Assembly (NCBI GenBank): GCA_963795125.1
Contig: CAWCGQ010000001.1
Span: 1,623,024-1,687,023, forward strand
DNA from: an uncultured Acidimicrobiia bacterium
Lineage (GTDB): Bacteria; Acidobacteriota; Vicinamibacteria; Vicinamibacterales; UBA2999
Length of the DNA: 64,000 bases
Direction of reading: 5' to 3'
In this document: piece by piece, positions 11,093 to 22,271 of the stretch
Layout of the letters: the number at the start of each line of letters is the position of its first letter
How positions within the stretch are numbered: position 1 is the stretch's first letter
Notes under the pieces: generated by a model
What the model saw: only the letters and a program-made list of their open reading frames with translations
The model's database searches: none
What the model was told of the DNA's origin: nothing
Program-made: the position numbers and the translations under genes

Positions 11093-11702
11093 CGCGATGG
11101 CATCCGCGACCGCTCGGCGGCGATGATTTCCTGCAGCCGCACCACCGTCGGCTCCAGCTGATCGTTGATCACGACGTAGTCGTAGTCGGCGTAGCAGCCG
11201 ACCTCGGCGCGCGCCGCCGCCAGCCGCTTCTGCATCGCCGCTTCGCTGTCGGCGCTGCGGCCGCGCAACCGCCGCTCGAGAATCTCGAACGACGGCGGCA
11301 GGACGAAGATCGCGGTGTGATCGATGCCGCTGCGCTTGACCTGCGCGGCGCCCTGCACGTCGATCACCAGCACCACGTCCTGTCCCGACGCCTGCAACCG
11401 CTCGGCATCGAGCCGCGAGGTCCCGTAGAGGTTGCCGAACACGTCGGCCCACTCGAGGAACTCGCCGCGGTCGATCATGCCCTCGAACTGTTCGCGGCTG
11501 ACAAAATTATAGTCGACGCCGTCGCGCTCGCCGGCGCGCGCCGGGCGCGAGGTGTAGGAGCGCGACATGCGCAGGTTGGGCAGGATCTGCACGAGCCGCT
11601 CGGCCAAGCGTCGTCTTGCCCGTGCCGGACGCCGCCGAGATGATGAACAGCAGTCCCTTCGCTCGACTCGGCGCCAGCTGTTCTCAGCGTCATCTGCGAC
11701 AT
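11089..11702 (-). CDS. gmk: Guanylate kinase; about two frame breaks near the P-loop
   Basis: RSYTSRPARAGERDGVDYNFVSREQFEGMIDRGEFLEWADVFGNLYGTS..VVLVIDVQGA. The P-loop region is only recoverable by a frame change (..SGTGKTT..). Confidence 0.85.
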
Positions 11703-11726
11703 CGGCGTGAGGTGCGCGGCGGTGCG

Positions 11727-12620
11727 CTACTCGACATTTTGCACTTGCTCGCGCATCCGCTCGAGCTCGGCCTTGGCCTGGATCACCACTTCGGAGACCT
11801 GCAGCCCGTCGGCCTTCGAGCCGATGGTGTTGACTTCGCGGTTCATCTCCTGCAGCAGGAAATCGAGCTTGCGGCCGCACGGTTCCGGGCTGTCCGAGAG
11901 CGCGTCCCAGTGCGCGAGGTGGCCGTGGAAGCGCGTCACTTCCTCGCTGATGTCCGAGCGCTGCGCGACCCGCACCACCTCCTGCGACAGCGCCGCCTGA
12001 TCGATCGGCAGCGCGCCGGCGATCTCGCGCGCGCGCTCGAGCAGGCGCGCCTCGAGCTCGACCCGACCGGTCTCGGCGGCCGCCGCGATCCGGCCGATCA
12101 GTTCCGCGAGCAGCGCCTTGCGCGCGTCGAGATCGGGCGCAGGTGCATGGCCCTCGCGGACGCGCATCTCTTCGAGCTGCGTGATCGCGGCGTCGACCGC
12201 CTCATCCACCGCCGTGCCGAGCAGCGCCGACACGCCGCCGGACTCCGGCATGCGCTCGCGAATGCTCGAGCGCCTGCGGCAGCCGCAGCAGGTCGCCCGG
12301 GCGTCAGCGTGCCTTCGACCAGGCCGCGCGTCGCGCGCCTGTTCAATGGCGCCGGCCAGCGCCTTGGCGAATTCCTCGTTCAGCTCGACCTGTGGCGCCA
12401 GCACCTGGCGCAGCTGCAGCGACACGCTGATCTCGACGCGGCCACGCGCCAGCTGCTTCTGGACCAGCGCGCGCAGCCGCGGCTCGACGTCGGCGATCGA
12501 CGGCGGCAGCCGCAACTGCAGGTCCAGGAAGCGATGGTTGACCGAGCGGATGGTCACGCCGATCACGCCGCGCTCATCGTCGCGCGTCAGCGACGCGAAC
12601 CCGGTCATGCTCTTGATCAT
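11727..12620 (-). CDS. YicC-family stress-induced protein (DUF1732 C-terminus), with a compensated double frame break mid-gene
   Basis: MIKSMTGFA..IRSVNHRFLDLQLRLP; C-terminal ISEEVTRFHGHLAHW..GRKLDFLLQEMNREVNTIGSKA. Its start overlaps the msbA-like stop (ATGA). It is listed only as part of the fused 964-aa ORF. Confidence 0.85.
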   Translation of the reverse strand: MIKSMTGFASLTRDDERGVIGVTIRSVNHRFLDLQLRLPPSIADVEPRLRALVQKQLARGRVEISVSLQLRQVLAPQVELNEEFAKALAGAIEQARDARPGRRHADARATCCGCRRRSSIRERMPESGGVSALLGTAVDEAVDAAITQLEEMRVREGHAPAPDLDARKALLAELIGRIAAAAETGRVELEARLLERAREIAGALPIDQAALSQEVVRVAQRSDISEEVTRFHGHLAHWDALSDSPEPCGRKLDFLLQEMNREVNTIGSKADGLQVSEVVIQAKAELERMREQVQNVE

Positions 12621-14483
12621 CGTCGCTCCGCCTTCTGCTTGGCCGGCCCGGACTCGAAGGCGCGCACGGTGCCGTCGTCCCGCGACGCCGCCCGCGACCC
12701 CGTCGCGCCCCGCGCCGGGTCGCCCTTCGCCGCGGCGTCGGCCTTGACGTCGGCCTTCGATTCGAGCAGCTGCATCTGATGCAGCCGCGCGTACGAGCCG
12801 TGCGGGCGCGCAATCAGCTCGTCGTGCTTGCCGACCTCGACGATCCGGCCGCGCTCGAGCACGATGATCGCGTCGGCGCGGCGCACCGTCGACAGGCGAT
12901 GCGCGATCACGAACGAGGTGCGGTTCATCATCAGCGTGGCCAGCGCCTGTTGCACCAGGCGCTCGGACTCGCTGTCGAGCGCCGAGGTCGCTTCGTCGAG
13001 GATCAGGATCGGCGAATTCTTCAGCAACGCCCGCGCAATCGCCAGCCGCTGCCGCTGCCCGCCCGACAAGCGCTGGCCGCGCTCGCCGATCGTCGTCTGG
13101 TAGCCGTCGGGCTGCGCGGCGATGAAGTCGTGCGCATTGGCGGCGCGCGCCGCGGCTTCGATCTGCGCGGCGGTGGCGCCGGGCGTGCCGTAGGCGATGT
13201 TGCCGGCAATGGTGTCGTCGAACAGCACCGTCTCCTGCGTGACGATGCCGATCTGCGCGCGCAGCGACGCCAGCGTGACGTCGCGGAGGTCGCGGCCGTC
13301 GATCAGGATCGCGCCGCTGGTCACGTCGTAGAACCGCGGCAGCAGGTTGACGAGCGTCGTCTTGCCGGCGCCGCTGCGGCCGACGATCGCGATCATCTGG
13401 CCGGCGCGCACCGTGAACGACACGCCGCGCAGCGTGCTGCGTCCGTGGCTGTCGTCGTAGCCGAACGACACGTCCTTGAACTCGATCGCGCCGGTGAACG
13501 GCGGCAGCGCCACCGCGCCGGGACGCTCGATCACTTCGGTGTGGACGTCGAGCACTTCGAAGATCCGCTCCGACGCGGCCGCCGCCTGCTGCAGGTTGGC
13601 GTTGACGCGCGACAGCTTCTTGATCGGCCCGTACATGAACAGCAGCGCCGCCAGGAACGACGTGAACTCGCCCGCGGTCAGGCGGCCCTGCGGCGATCTC
13701 GCGGCTGCCGTACCACAGCGCGCCGGCGATCGCGATGCCGCCCAGGAACTCCATCAGCGGCGGCAGCAGCGCCAGCACGCGCGTCACCTTCAGGTTGGTC
13801 CGGAACAACGTGTTGGCGACGCGCTCGAACTTCGCCGCCTCGCGCCCCTCGGCGCCGAACGCCTTGACGATGCGGTGGCCGGCGAACGCCTCGGCGGCGA
13901 CGTGCGACATGTGCTCCTGCGCTTCCTGGCTCCAGCGCGTCACGGTGCGCACCCGCTTGCCGAAGCGCACCAGCGGATAGACCACCAGCGGCGCCGCCGT
14001 CATGCACACCAGCGCCAGCTTGGCGTCGTAGTAGAACAGCAGCGCCACCGAGCCGACCAGCACGAGCGATTCGCGGGCCAGGTCGCCGATCGTTTCCGAC
14101 ACCGCGCGCTGCACCATGCCGACGTCGTTGTTGATGCGCGACAGCAGCTGCCCCACGGCGCGGCGCGCGAAGAACGCCGCCGACTGGTCGAGCATGTGAC
14201 GGAACAACTGGTTGCGCACCACCATCACGACGCGGTGGCCGAGCCCTTCCATCAGGTAGCTGGAAAAATACGCGCCGAGGCCCTTGAGCAGGTAGACCAC
14301 CAGGATCGCCGCCGAGATCGCCGCCAGGTCGCCCTGCGCGATCAGCACATCGTCGATCACCGGCTTGATCAGATACGCCAGCGCCGCGTTCGCGGTCCCG
14401 TAGACGATCATCGCCAGTGCGGCACCGGCAATGACCGCGCGGTGCGGGGTCGCGTAACGAAGCAGGCGCAGGAAAGCGTCCAT
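12617..14483 (-). CDS. ABC transporter, fused permease/ATP-binding half-transporter (MsbA/lipid-exporter-like); one frame break near 13686..13688
   Basis: Six-TM ABC_membrane region, then Walker A GRSGAGKTTL, signature LSGGQRQRLAIARA and Walker B ILILDEATSALD. At the GGGCCGCC run an extra base switches frame: AAG|RLTAGEFTSFLAALLFMYGPI. Confidence 0.9.
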
Positions 14484-14505
14484 CAGTGATCGGTGTGACT
14501 CATCC

Positions 14506-15491
14506 TCATAGCCCCCGCGGATGGGTGGAATGCCACTGCCACGCGTGACGGACGATGACCTCGAGGTCGGCATATTGAGGCCGCCAGCCCAGTTCACGCT
14601 GCGCGCGGTCACTGGCTGCATAGAGTACCGCAGGATCTCCCGCCCGGCGCGGCGCAGATTGCCACGCCACCGGCCGGCCGACCACCCGGCCGACGGTGTC
14701 GATCACCGCCTTCACCGAATGCGGCGTGCCGGTGCCGATGTTGTAGGCGCCGGACGGCGCGCCGCGTTCGAGCGCCTCGAGCGCGCGGAGGTGCGCCGCG
14801 GCCAGGTCGCAGACATGGATGTAGTCGCGCAGGCAGGTGCCGTCCGGCGTCGGGTAGTCCTCGCCGAACACCTTCAGCGGCGTGCCGCCGTTGGCGGCGC
14901 GAATCGCCAGCGGAATCAGGTGAATTTCGTCGGCGTGGTCCTCGCCGATCGAGCCGTCGGGATGCGCGCCGGCGGCATTGAAGTAGCGCAGCGCCATCCA
15001 CTTGAGGCCGTGCGCCGCCTCGAGATGCGGCAAGGCGCGCTCGATCGTCAGCTTGGTTTCGCCGTAGGCATTGATCGGATTGCGTCGCGAGCGTCTCGAC
15101 AATCGGCACCGAGGCCGGCTCGCCGTAGACCGCGCAGGTGGACGAGAACACGAAACGCTTGACGCCGGCGTCGCGCATCGCCTCGAGCACGGCGAGCGTG
15201 CCCACGACGTTGTTCTGGTAGTACTCGAGCGGCTTGCGCACCGACTCGCCGACCGCCAGCCACGCGGCAAAGTGCATCACCGCGTCGGCGCGGTGCTCGA
15301 CCAGCAGCCGCTGGACCGCGTCGCGATCGTGAATCGCCGCCTCGACCAGCGGCACGCCGGCCGGCAGCGACTGCGGCGTGGCCGGCCGACAGATCGTCGA
15401 GCACGGCCACGGCGTGCCCGGCGTCGTCGAGGGCGCGTACGGCGTGGCTGCCGATGTAGCCCGCGCCCCCTGTCACGACTACGCGCGCCAC
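14506..15491 (-). CDS. galE: UDP-glucose 4-epimerase; about two frame breaks
   Basis: VVVTGGAGYIGSH; FSSTCAVYGEP; NPYGETK-like NAYGETKL; RYFNAAGA; DYPTPDGTCLRDYIHV. GTG start 2 nt from the ugd stop. Confidence 0.85.
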
Positions 15492-15492
15492 G

Positions 15493-16793
15493 TCAGCGCC
15501 CGATCGACGAGTAGGTGAAGCCCAGCGCCTTCATCTGATCGGGCTGGTAGATGTTGCGTCCGTCGAAAATCACCGGCGTGCGCATCAGCTTCTTGATGCG
15601 CGCGAAGTCGGGCTCGCGGAACTCCTGCCACTCGGTGATGACGGCGAGCGCGTCGGCGCCCTTCAGCGCGTCGTAGTTCTTGGCGCTGTAGGTGATCTTG
15701 TTGCCGAAGATGCGCCTTCGCGACCTTCGTCGCCTCGGGATCGTAGGCCTGGATCTTCGCGCCCTTGGCGAGCAGCGCCTCGATGATCGGAATCGCCGGC
15801 GCCTCGCGCATGTCGTCGGTCTTCGGCTTGAACGCCAGGCCCCACACCGCGATGGTCTTGCCCTTCAGCGACCCGCCGAAGTGCGCTTCAATCTTCTTCA
15901 CCAGCACGCGCTTCTGGTATTCGTTGACCGCATCGACGGCCTTGAGAATCTTGAAGTCGTACTTCTTGTCCGACGAGAAGCGCGGTCAGCGCCTTGACGT
16001 CCTTCGGGAAGCAGCTGCCGCCGTAGCCCACGCCGGGAAACAGGAACGAGGTGCCGATGCGCTTGTCGGAGCCGACCGCCTGGCGCACGCGATCGACGTC
16101 CGCGCCGAACAAATCGCAGACGTTGGCAATCTCGTTCATGAACGAAATCTTGGTGGCGAGGATGGCGTTGGACGCGTACTTCGACAGCTCGGCGCTCGGG
16201 CAGTCCATCACCATGATCGGCGCGCCGGTGCGCGTGAAGGGCTTGTGCAGCTTGACCATCAGCTCGGCGGCGCGCGGATCCTCGGCGCCGATCACCACGC
16301 GATCGGGCTTCATGAAGTCGTCGACCGCCGCGCCCTGCTTCAGGAACTCCGGATTGCTGACGACGCTGAACGGGTGCGTGGTCTCGCGGCGCACCACCTC
16401 GCGCACTTTCTCGGCCGTGCCGACCGGCACCGTGCTCTTGTTGACGATGACCTTGTAGCCGTTCATCGCGCGCGCGATGTCGCGCGCCACGCCCATGACG
16501 TGGCGCAGATCGGCGGAGCCGTCTTCGCCCTGCGGCGTGCCGACGGCGATGAACACCACTTCGGCCGAGCGCACCGCTTTGGGCAGCTCGGTCGTGAACA
16601 CCAAACGCCCTTCGGACTTGTTGCGCTTGACCAGCTCTTCCAGGCCCGGTTCGTAAATCGGCACCTTGCCGCGACGCAGCATGGCCACTTTGGCCGCGTC
16701 CTTATCCACACAGGTGACGTCGTTGCCCGACTCGGCCATACACGCGCCGAGCACCAGCCCGACATACCCCGTTCCCACCACCGCGATCTTCAT
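15493..16793 (-). CDS. ugd: UDP-glucose 6-dehydrogenase; about two frame breaks
   Basis: [14 protein letters not shown]; catalytic [11 protein letters not shown]; [17 protein letters not shown]-terminus ..GFTYSSIGR after frame changes. Confidence 0.9.
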
Positions 16794-16889
16794 TCAACCC
16801 CCAAAAGATGAAAGCGTATCACCCGGGTCCAGTGCTGTCAACATACTGAACCACAAGGACTTGCTGTGTTATGTGGTACTCTTTTCGCC

Positions 16890-18033
16890 GTGCGGATTCT
16901 CGTCGATTACCGTCCGGCGTTACGCGAGCGGACCGGCGTCGGCGAGTTCGTGCACGAGCTGGTGCAACGCGCTGGCTCGGCAGTCGGTCCACCGACGACA
17001 TCGCACTCTTCACCAGCTCATGGAAGGACCGGCCGGACACCGGCTCTTGCATCCGAGATGCCATCGATCGAGAATTGTCGACGTCAAGGTTCCGGTTCGG
17101 GCGCTGGTCTGGTCGTGGAATCGGCTGGAATGGCCGCCGGTCGAATGGTTCGCCGGGGCGTGCGACGTCGTTCACAGCCAGAGTCCGCTGCTGATTCCCG
17201 CGCAGCCAGCGCCGCGCAGGTGGTCACGGTCCACGATCTCGACTTCCTGCGCCATCCCGAACACATGAGCGCGGAAATTCGCCGCGACTACCCGGCGCTG
17301 GCGCGCGTCACACGCGGCGCGCGCCGACGGCGTGATCGTGTCCTCGCGCTATGCCGCCGGCGAAGTCACCCGCGAGCTGCAGCGTCGATCCGCTGCGCGT
17401 GCACGTCTGCCCGCCCGGACGGCCGGCATGGGCCGACCAGGTCGGCGAGCGCCGCCGGCAGGCGCGCCCCGGTCACCGCCCGCGCGGGCACATCCTCTTC
17501 ATGGGCACCCTGAGCCTGCGCAAGAATGTCGGCACGCTGCTCGAGGCGTACGCGCGCTTGCGCGCGAGGTCCAGCGATGTGCCGCCGCTCGTGCTGGCGG
17601 GCCATCGCACGCCGGCCTCCGCGCGCTGGGAGGCGCGCTGCGAGCAGCCGCCACTGCAGGGTCACGTCACGATCACCGGCTACGTGGACGCGGCCCAGCA
17701 AGCTCGACCTGTATGCGCAACGCGGCGATGCTGGTGCTGCCCTCGTACGAGGAAGGGTTCGGCTTGCCGGTGCTCGAGGCCATGGCCTGCGGCGTGCCGG
17801 TCGTGATGTCGTCGCGCGGGTCGTTGCCGGAAGTGGCCGGGCCGGCGGCGACGCCGATCGATCCCGACGATGTCGATGGATTCGTGACGCAGATGCAGTC
17901 GTTGCTCGAGGATCCTGCCGGCGCGATCGCGCGCGGCCTGCGCCAGGCCGCCAACTACAGCTGGGCGGCCTGCGCGGCCGCCGCGCGCGGCGCATACCAA
18001 TCGGCAATCGAGGTCCATGCGCGTCGCGATTGA
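16890..18033 (+). CDS. Glycosyltransferase family 4 (GT4, retaining GT-B); about four frame breaks
   Basis: VRILVDYRPALRERTGVGEFV; VTVHDLDFLRHPE; LFMGTLSLRKNV; LPSYEEGFGLPVLEAMACGVPVV. Confidence 0.8.
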
Positions 18034-19121
18034 CGCGCGCGAGTTGTGCGGGCGGCCGACCGGCGTCGGCCGGTATCTGGCGGGCCTGCTGACGGCGTGG
18101 GCGGCCAGCGACGACGCCCGTCGCCATCAATGGACCCTGCTTGCGCACGCGCCGATCCGGGCCGAGCGCGGGGTGGAACGCCACGCTCACCGAGGTGGGG
18201 GGCGGCGGCGGCACCTCGTGGGAGCAGTTCGCGCTCCCGGCGGCGCTGCGCGGCGCGCGGCCCGACGTATTCTTCGCGCCGGGGTACACTGCCCCACTAA
18301 CCGTGGCCGCGCCTCTGGTCCTGACGATTCACGACGTCTCGTTTTTCGCCCACCCGGAATGGTTTTCGTTCCGCGAGGGTCTGCGCCGTCGTCTGCTGAC
18401 GGCGTGGTCGGCACGCCGCGCCCGCCGCGTCGTCACCGACACGGAGTTCTCGAAGTCGGAAATTCAACGCCTGATCGGCATCGACGAGCGCCGGCTGCGG
18501 GTGGTGCCGCTCGGCATTGCCCACGACCCGCTCCACGATTCAGCGTCCGGCCGCCGGCACGATCGCCGGGACGAGCCGATGGTCCTCTATGTGGGCTCGA
18601 TCTTCGAGCGGCGGCGGGTGGATCGGCTGATGGCGAGCTTCGACGAAGTGGCGCGCCGGGTGCCCGGCGCGCGACTCGAGATCGTCGGCGAGAATCGCAC
18701 GCGGCACCCGCGACTCGATCTCGACGCGATCCGACTCCGTTCGACGCACGCCGACCGCATCACCATCCGGTCGTATGTGGATGACGCGACGCTGGCCGGG
18801 CTGTATCGTGACGCCTCGGTGTTCGCCTTCCTTTCCGAGTACGAGGGTTTCGGCCTGACGCCTCTCGAGGCGCTTGGCCACGGGGTGGTGCCGGTGGTGC
18901 TCGACACGCCGGTCGCGCGCGAGACGTGCGGCGGCGCGGCACGCTACGTCGCTCCCGGGGCGGACGATCGGCAGATCGCCGACGCGATCGTTGAGATGCT
19001 GACCGACGCGGGCGCGCGCGGCGCGATCCTGGGGCATGCGGCTGCGGTGCTGTCGCGCTACGACTGGGGCCGTGCGGCGGCGCAGACGCTGTCGATTCTC
19101 GAGGAGGCCGCGGGTGGCTGA
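18017..19121 (+). CDS. Glycosyltransferase family 4; one frame break near 18150
   Basis: MRVAIDARELCGRPTGVGRYL; TIHDVSFFAHPEWF; YVGSIFERRRV; FLSEYEGFGLTPLEALGHGVVPV. Overlaps the previous gene by 17 nt. Confidence 0.85.
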
Positions 19122-19932
19122 CCGGGATCGCCTCGCGATCATCATCGTCACGTTCAATTCCGCGCAGGAGATCGATGCCTGCCTGCAGTCGCTCGTCGGC
19201 CACACCCATCCGTTCCCGACCTGCATCACGGTGGTGGACAACCAGTCGCAGGACGGCACCGCCGCGCTGGTTCGCGCGCGCTGGCCGTCCGTGCAGGTGA
19301 TCGATTCGGGCGGCAACCTCGGCTTTGCCAAAGCCAACAACATCGGCATCCGCGCCACCGAGAGCGACTACGTGCTGTTCATCAATCCGGACACCGTGGC
19401 GCCGCCGGGCGCGATTCAGACCCTGGTGCGCGGCCTCGCCTCGCATCCGGACGCGGCGATTGCCGGTTCGCGACTGCTCGGCGCCACCGGCTTTCCGGAG
19501 ATGTCGTGGGGCGCGGCGATTACGCCGTGGAATGAGATCAGGCAGATGCTGCTCGCGCGGCTGTACCTGCGAAAGGTCAGGCGCGTCGTTCGCAAGCTGG
19601 ACCACTTGAGCCGGCAGGCGCGCCAGGTCGACTGGGTCAGCGGCGCCTGCATGGTGATCCGCCGCGCCGATCTGGAGGCGGTCGGCGGCTTCGACGAGCG
19701 CTATTTCATGTACAACGAAGATGTCGACTTGTGCGTCGAGATGAAGAAGCGCGGACGCACGACGTTGTACATCGCCGGCGCGGAAGTGCTGCACTACCGG
19801 GGGAAGTCGGCGCCGAAGAATCCCGACCTGGAGCGGCGCCGGCAATTGAGCCACGTGGCGTACTACGAAAAGCATCTGCCGCGGTGGGTCCCGCTGCTGC
19901 GCGCCTACCTCAGGATCACCGGCAAGCTCTGA
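19114..19932 (+). CDS. Glycosyltransferase family 2
   Basis: LAIIIVTFNSAQEIDACLQSL..VVDNQSQDGT..NLGFAKANNIG..FINPD..DWVSGACMVIRR..FMYNEDVDLC. The GTG overlaps the upstream stop (GTGGCTGA). Confidence 0.85.
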   Translation: MADRDRLAIIIVTFNSAQEIDACLQSLVGHTHPFPTCITVVDNQSQDGTAALVRARWPSVQVIDSGGNLGFAKANNIGIRATESDYVLFINPDTVAPPGAIQTLVRGLASHPDAAIAGSRLLGATGFPEMSWGAAITPWNEIRQMLLARLYLRKVRRVVRKLDHLSRQARQVDWVSGACMVIRRADLEAVGGFDERYFMYNEDVDLCVEMKKRGRTTLYIAGAEVLHYRGKSAPKNPDLERRRQLSHVAYYEKHLPRWVPLLRAYLRITGKL

Positions 19933-19937
19933 CGCCG

Positions 19938-21047
19938 ATGCGAATCGCCATTGATGCGCGCAAGCTGCGCGATTTCGGCATCGGCACCTATCTCCGCAAC
20001 ATCCTGATCGAGCTGTCGCGGCTCGACCGTGACACCGAGTATGTCGTTCTCTGCCGCCCGGATGATCTGGAGTCGGGCGACATCCTCGGCCGCAATTTCC
20101 GGATGGTGCCTGAAACCGCCGAGCCCTATTCGGTCGCCGAGCAGTTCCGCATTCCGCTCGCGCTGGCGCGCGAGCGGGTGCAGCTGGTGCACGAGCCGCA
20201 TTACGTGCTGCCGCCGCTGATTCGCTGCCGCTCGGTCGTGACGATCCACGACTGCATCCACTTGATGTTTCCGCAGTATCTGCCGAGTAAGCTCGCCCAC
20301 ATCTACGCCCAGGGCTCGATGTGGGCCGCGGCCCACAAGGCCAATCGAATTCTGACCGTATCGGAAGCCTCGAAGCGGGACATCCTGCATTTCTTCGATG
20401 TCCCCGCCGACAAGGTGTCGGTGATCCACAACGCCATCGACGAGCGTTTTCTCACCCCGGCGAACACCGAGCGGATGGATCTGGTGCGTCAGCGCTACCA
20501 GCTCGATCATCCGTTCGTGCTCTACGTCGGCAACATCAAGCCGCACAAGAACATCGAGCGCCTGATCGACGCGTTCGGCCGTGCCAGAAGTCAGTGCCCC
20601 GGCCACCTGCAGCTCGTCATCATCGGCGACGAGATCTCGAAGTATCCGGGGCTGCGCCAGTCCGTCCACAAGCACCGGCTCGATAAGCACGTGCGCTTCC
20701 TCGGCTTCCAGCCGATGGAGACCCTGGCCGCCGTCTACCGCCTGGCCCGCGCCTTTGTGTTCCCGTCGCTCTATGAAGGGTTCGGCCTGCCGCCGCTCGA
20801 AGCGATGGCGTGCGGCTCGCCGGTGGTGACCTCGAATGTGTCCTCGCTGCCGGAAGTGGCGGGCGGCGCGGCCCTGCTCGTCGACCCCTACGACGCCGAC
20901 TCGATTGCCGACGGCATTGTCCGGGCGGTGAGCGACGAGGCGCTGCGCGCGGACTTGATCAGGCGCGGGCTGGAGCGAGCGCGATCGTTCTCGTGGACGC
21001 AGAGCGTGCGAAGAATTCACCAGATCTACATGGAAGTGGCCCGTTAA
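19938..21047 (+). CDS. Glycosyltransferase family 4 (intact)
   Basis: [21 protein letters not shown]; [13 protein letters not shown]; [14 protein letters not shown]; [23 protein letters not shown]. Confidence 0.9.
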   Translation: MRIAIDARKLRDFGIGTYLRNILIELSRLDRDTEYVVLCRPDDLESGDILGRNFRMVPETAEPYSVAEQFRIPLALARERVQLVHEPHYVLPPLIRCRSVVTIHDCIHLMFPQYLPSKLAHIYAQGSMWAAAHKANRILTVSEASKRDILHFFDVPADKVSVIHNAIDERFLTPANTERMDLVRQRYQLDHPFVLYVGNIKPHKNIERLIDAFGRARSQCPGHLQLVIIGDEISKYPGLRQSVHKHRLDKHVRFLGFQPMETLAAVYRLARAFVFPSLYEGFGLPPLEAMACGSPVVTSNVSSLPEVAGGAALLVDPYDADSIADGIVRAVSDEALRADLIRRGLERARSFSWTQSVRRIHQIYMEVAR

Positions 21048-21137
21048 AGGGGCCGGGGATCTTGCATCGATCTTGGAGATTGACCCGGTGAGGCCCGGTC
21101 GGGGTGCCAGATCGCGCAGAGCGGCTATGATCAGACA

Positions 21138-22271
21138 TTGCGCGTCGCCCTTATTCACGACTGGCTCACCGGCATGCGCGGGGGCGAGAAGGCCCTCGAG
21201 GTCTTCTGCGAGATTTTTCCGGCAGCGGACCTGTTCACGCTCGTCTACCTGCCCGGCACCACCTCGCCGATCATCGAGCGCCGGTCGGTCAAACGCTCGG
21301 CGATCCAGTGGCTGCCGCTGGCGGGGAGGCTGTATCGCCAGTATTTACCGCTCTTCCCCATCGCCGTTGAGCAGTTCGATCTCGACGGCTACGATCTCGT
21401 GATCAGCACCAGCCACTGCGCGGCGAAGTCGGTAGTCGTGACCGGCCGGGCCCGGCATCTCTGTTATTGCCTCACGCCGATGCGTTACGCCTGGGACCAG
21501 TTCGACGCCTACTTCGGTCCCGAGCGCGTGGGCAGGCTCCCCAACCTGATGCTGCGGCCGGTCCTGGCGGGTCTGGCGCGGTGGGACCGCGCCACGGAAG
21601 GCCGTGTGCACCGCTATCTCGCTATCTCTCAATATGTTGCGCGGAGAATCGCGGTTTACTATAATCGTCAGTCGACCCTTGTCTACCCTCCGGTCGATAC
21701 CGCGTTCTACACGCCGGACCACGCTGGCCCGTCCGCGCCGTCCTCACCCTGCCAACCGCCCAGATTTCTGGTGGTGTCGGCGCTCGTGCCCTACAAGCGC
21801 GTGGATCTGGCGATGATGGCGGCGCGTCAGGCCGGCTTTGGGCTCACCGTCGTCGGAAATGGTCCCGAGCGTTCGAACCTGGAGCGGCTCGCCGGTGACG
21901 GCATCGAACTGGTCGGCTGGCGCACGGACGAGGAGATTCGCGATCTCTATCGATCGTCGATCGCCGCCATTCTGCCGGGCGAGGAGGATTTCGGCATCGT
22001 GCCGGTCGAAGCACAGGCGTGCGGCCGCCCGGTCGTGGCACTGGGCCGCGCCGGCGCGCTCGACACGGTGATCGATGGCGAGACCGGCGTGCTGTTCGAT
22101 GACACCACGGTGGACTCGCTGGCAGCGGCGATGACCCGGGCCGCCGCCATTCCCTGGGACGCCGCGCGCATCCGCCGGCATGCCGAACGTTTTTCGCGCA
22201 CCCGTTTCGTCGACGAAATCCAGCACATCGTGAACGACACCCTGAGTGCGCCGGCCGGACAGCGATGGTAA
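21138..22271 (+). CDS. Glycosyltransferase family 4 (intact; TTG start)
   Basis: RVALIHDWLTGMRGGEKALE; VSALVPYKRVD; EEDFGIVPVEAQACGRPVVA. Confidence 0.85.
   Translation: MRVALIHDWLTGMRGGEKALEVFCEIFPAADLFTLVYLPGTTSPIIERRSVKRSAIQWLPLAGRLYRQYLPLFPIAVEQFDLDGYDLVISTSHCAAKSVVVTGRARHLCYCLTPMRYAWDQFDAYFGPERVGRLPNLMLRPVLAGLARWDRATEGRVHRYLAISQYVARRIAVYYNRQSTLVYPPVDTAFYTPDHAGPSAPSSPCQPPRFLVVSALVPYKRVDLAMMAARQAGFGLTVVGNGPERSNLERLAGDGIELVGWRTDEEIRDLYRSSIAAILPGEEDFGIVPVEAQACGRPVVALGRAGALDTVIDGETGVLFDDTTVDSLAAAMTRAAAIPWDAARIRRHAERFSRTRFVDEIQHIVNDTLSAPAGQRW

Noticed and set aside
805-11702. Calling tsaC, der, priA, coaBC and gmk pseudogenes (genome reduction or decay)
   Set aside because: All are normally indispensable. 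Every fragment retains intact catalytic motifs and there are no large deletions. The one break I could resolve is a homopolymer length change. Assembly error is more parsimonious, and this is recorded as a finding rather than as pseudogene features.
11727-14621. A single 964-aa ORF that looks like a giant fusion protein
   Set aside because: It is three things read in one frame: the N-terminal half of the msbA-like gene, out-of-frame read-through of its ATPase half, and the separate yicC gene. The yicC gene has its own ATG at 12620, overlapping the true msbA-like stop at 12617.
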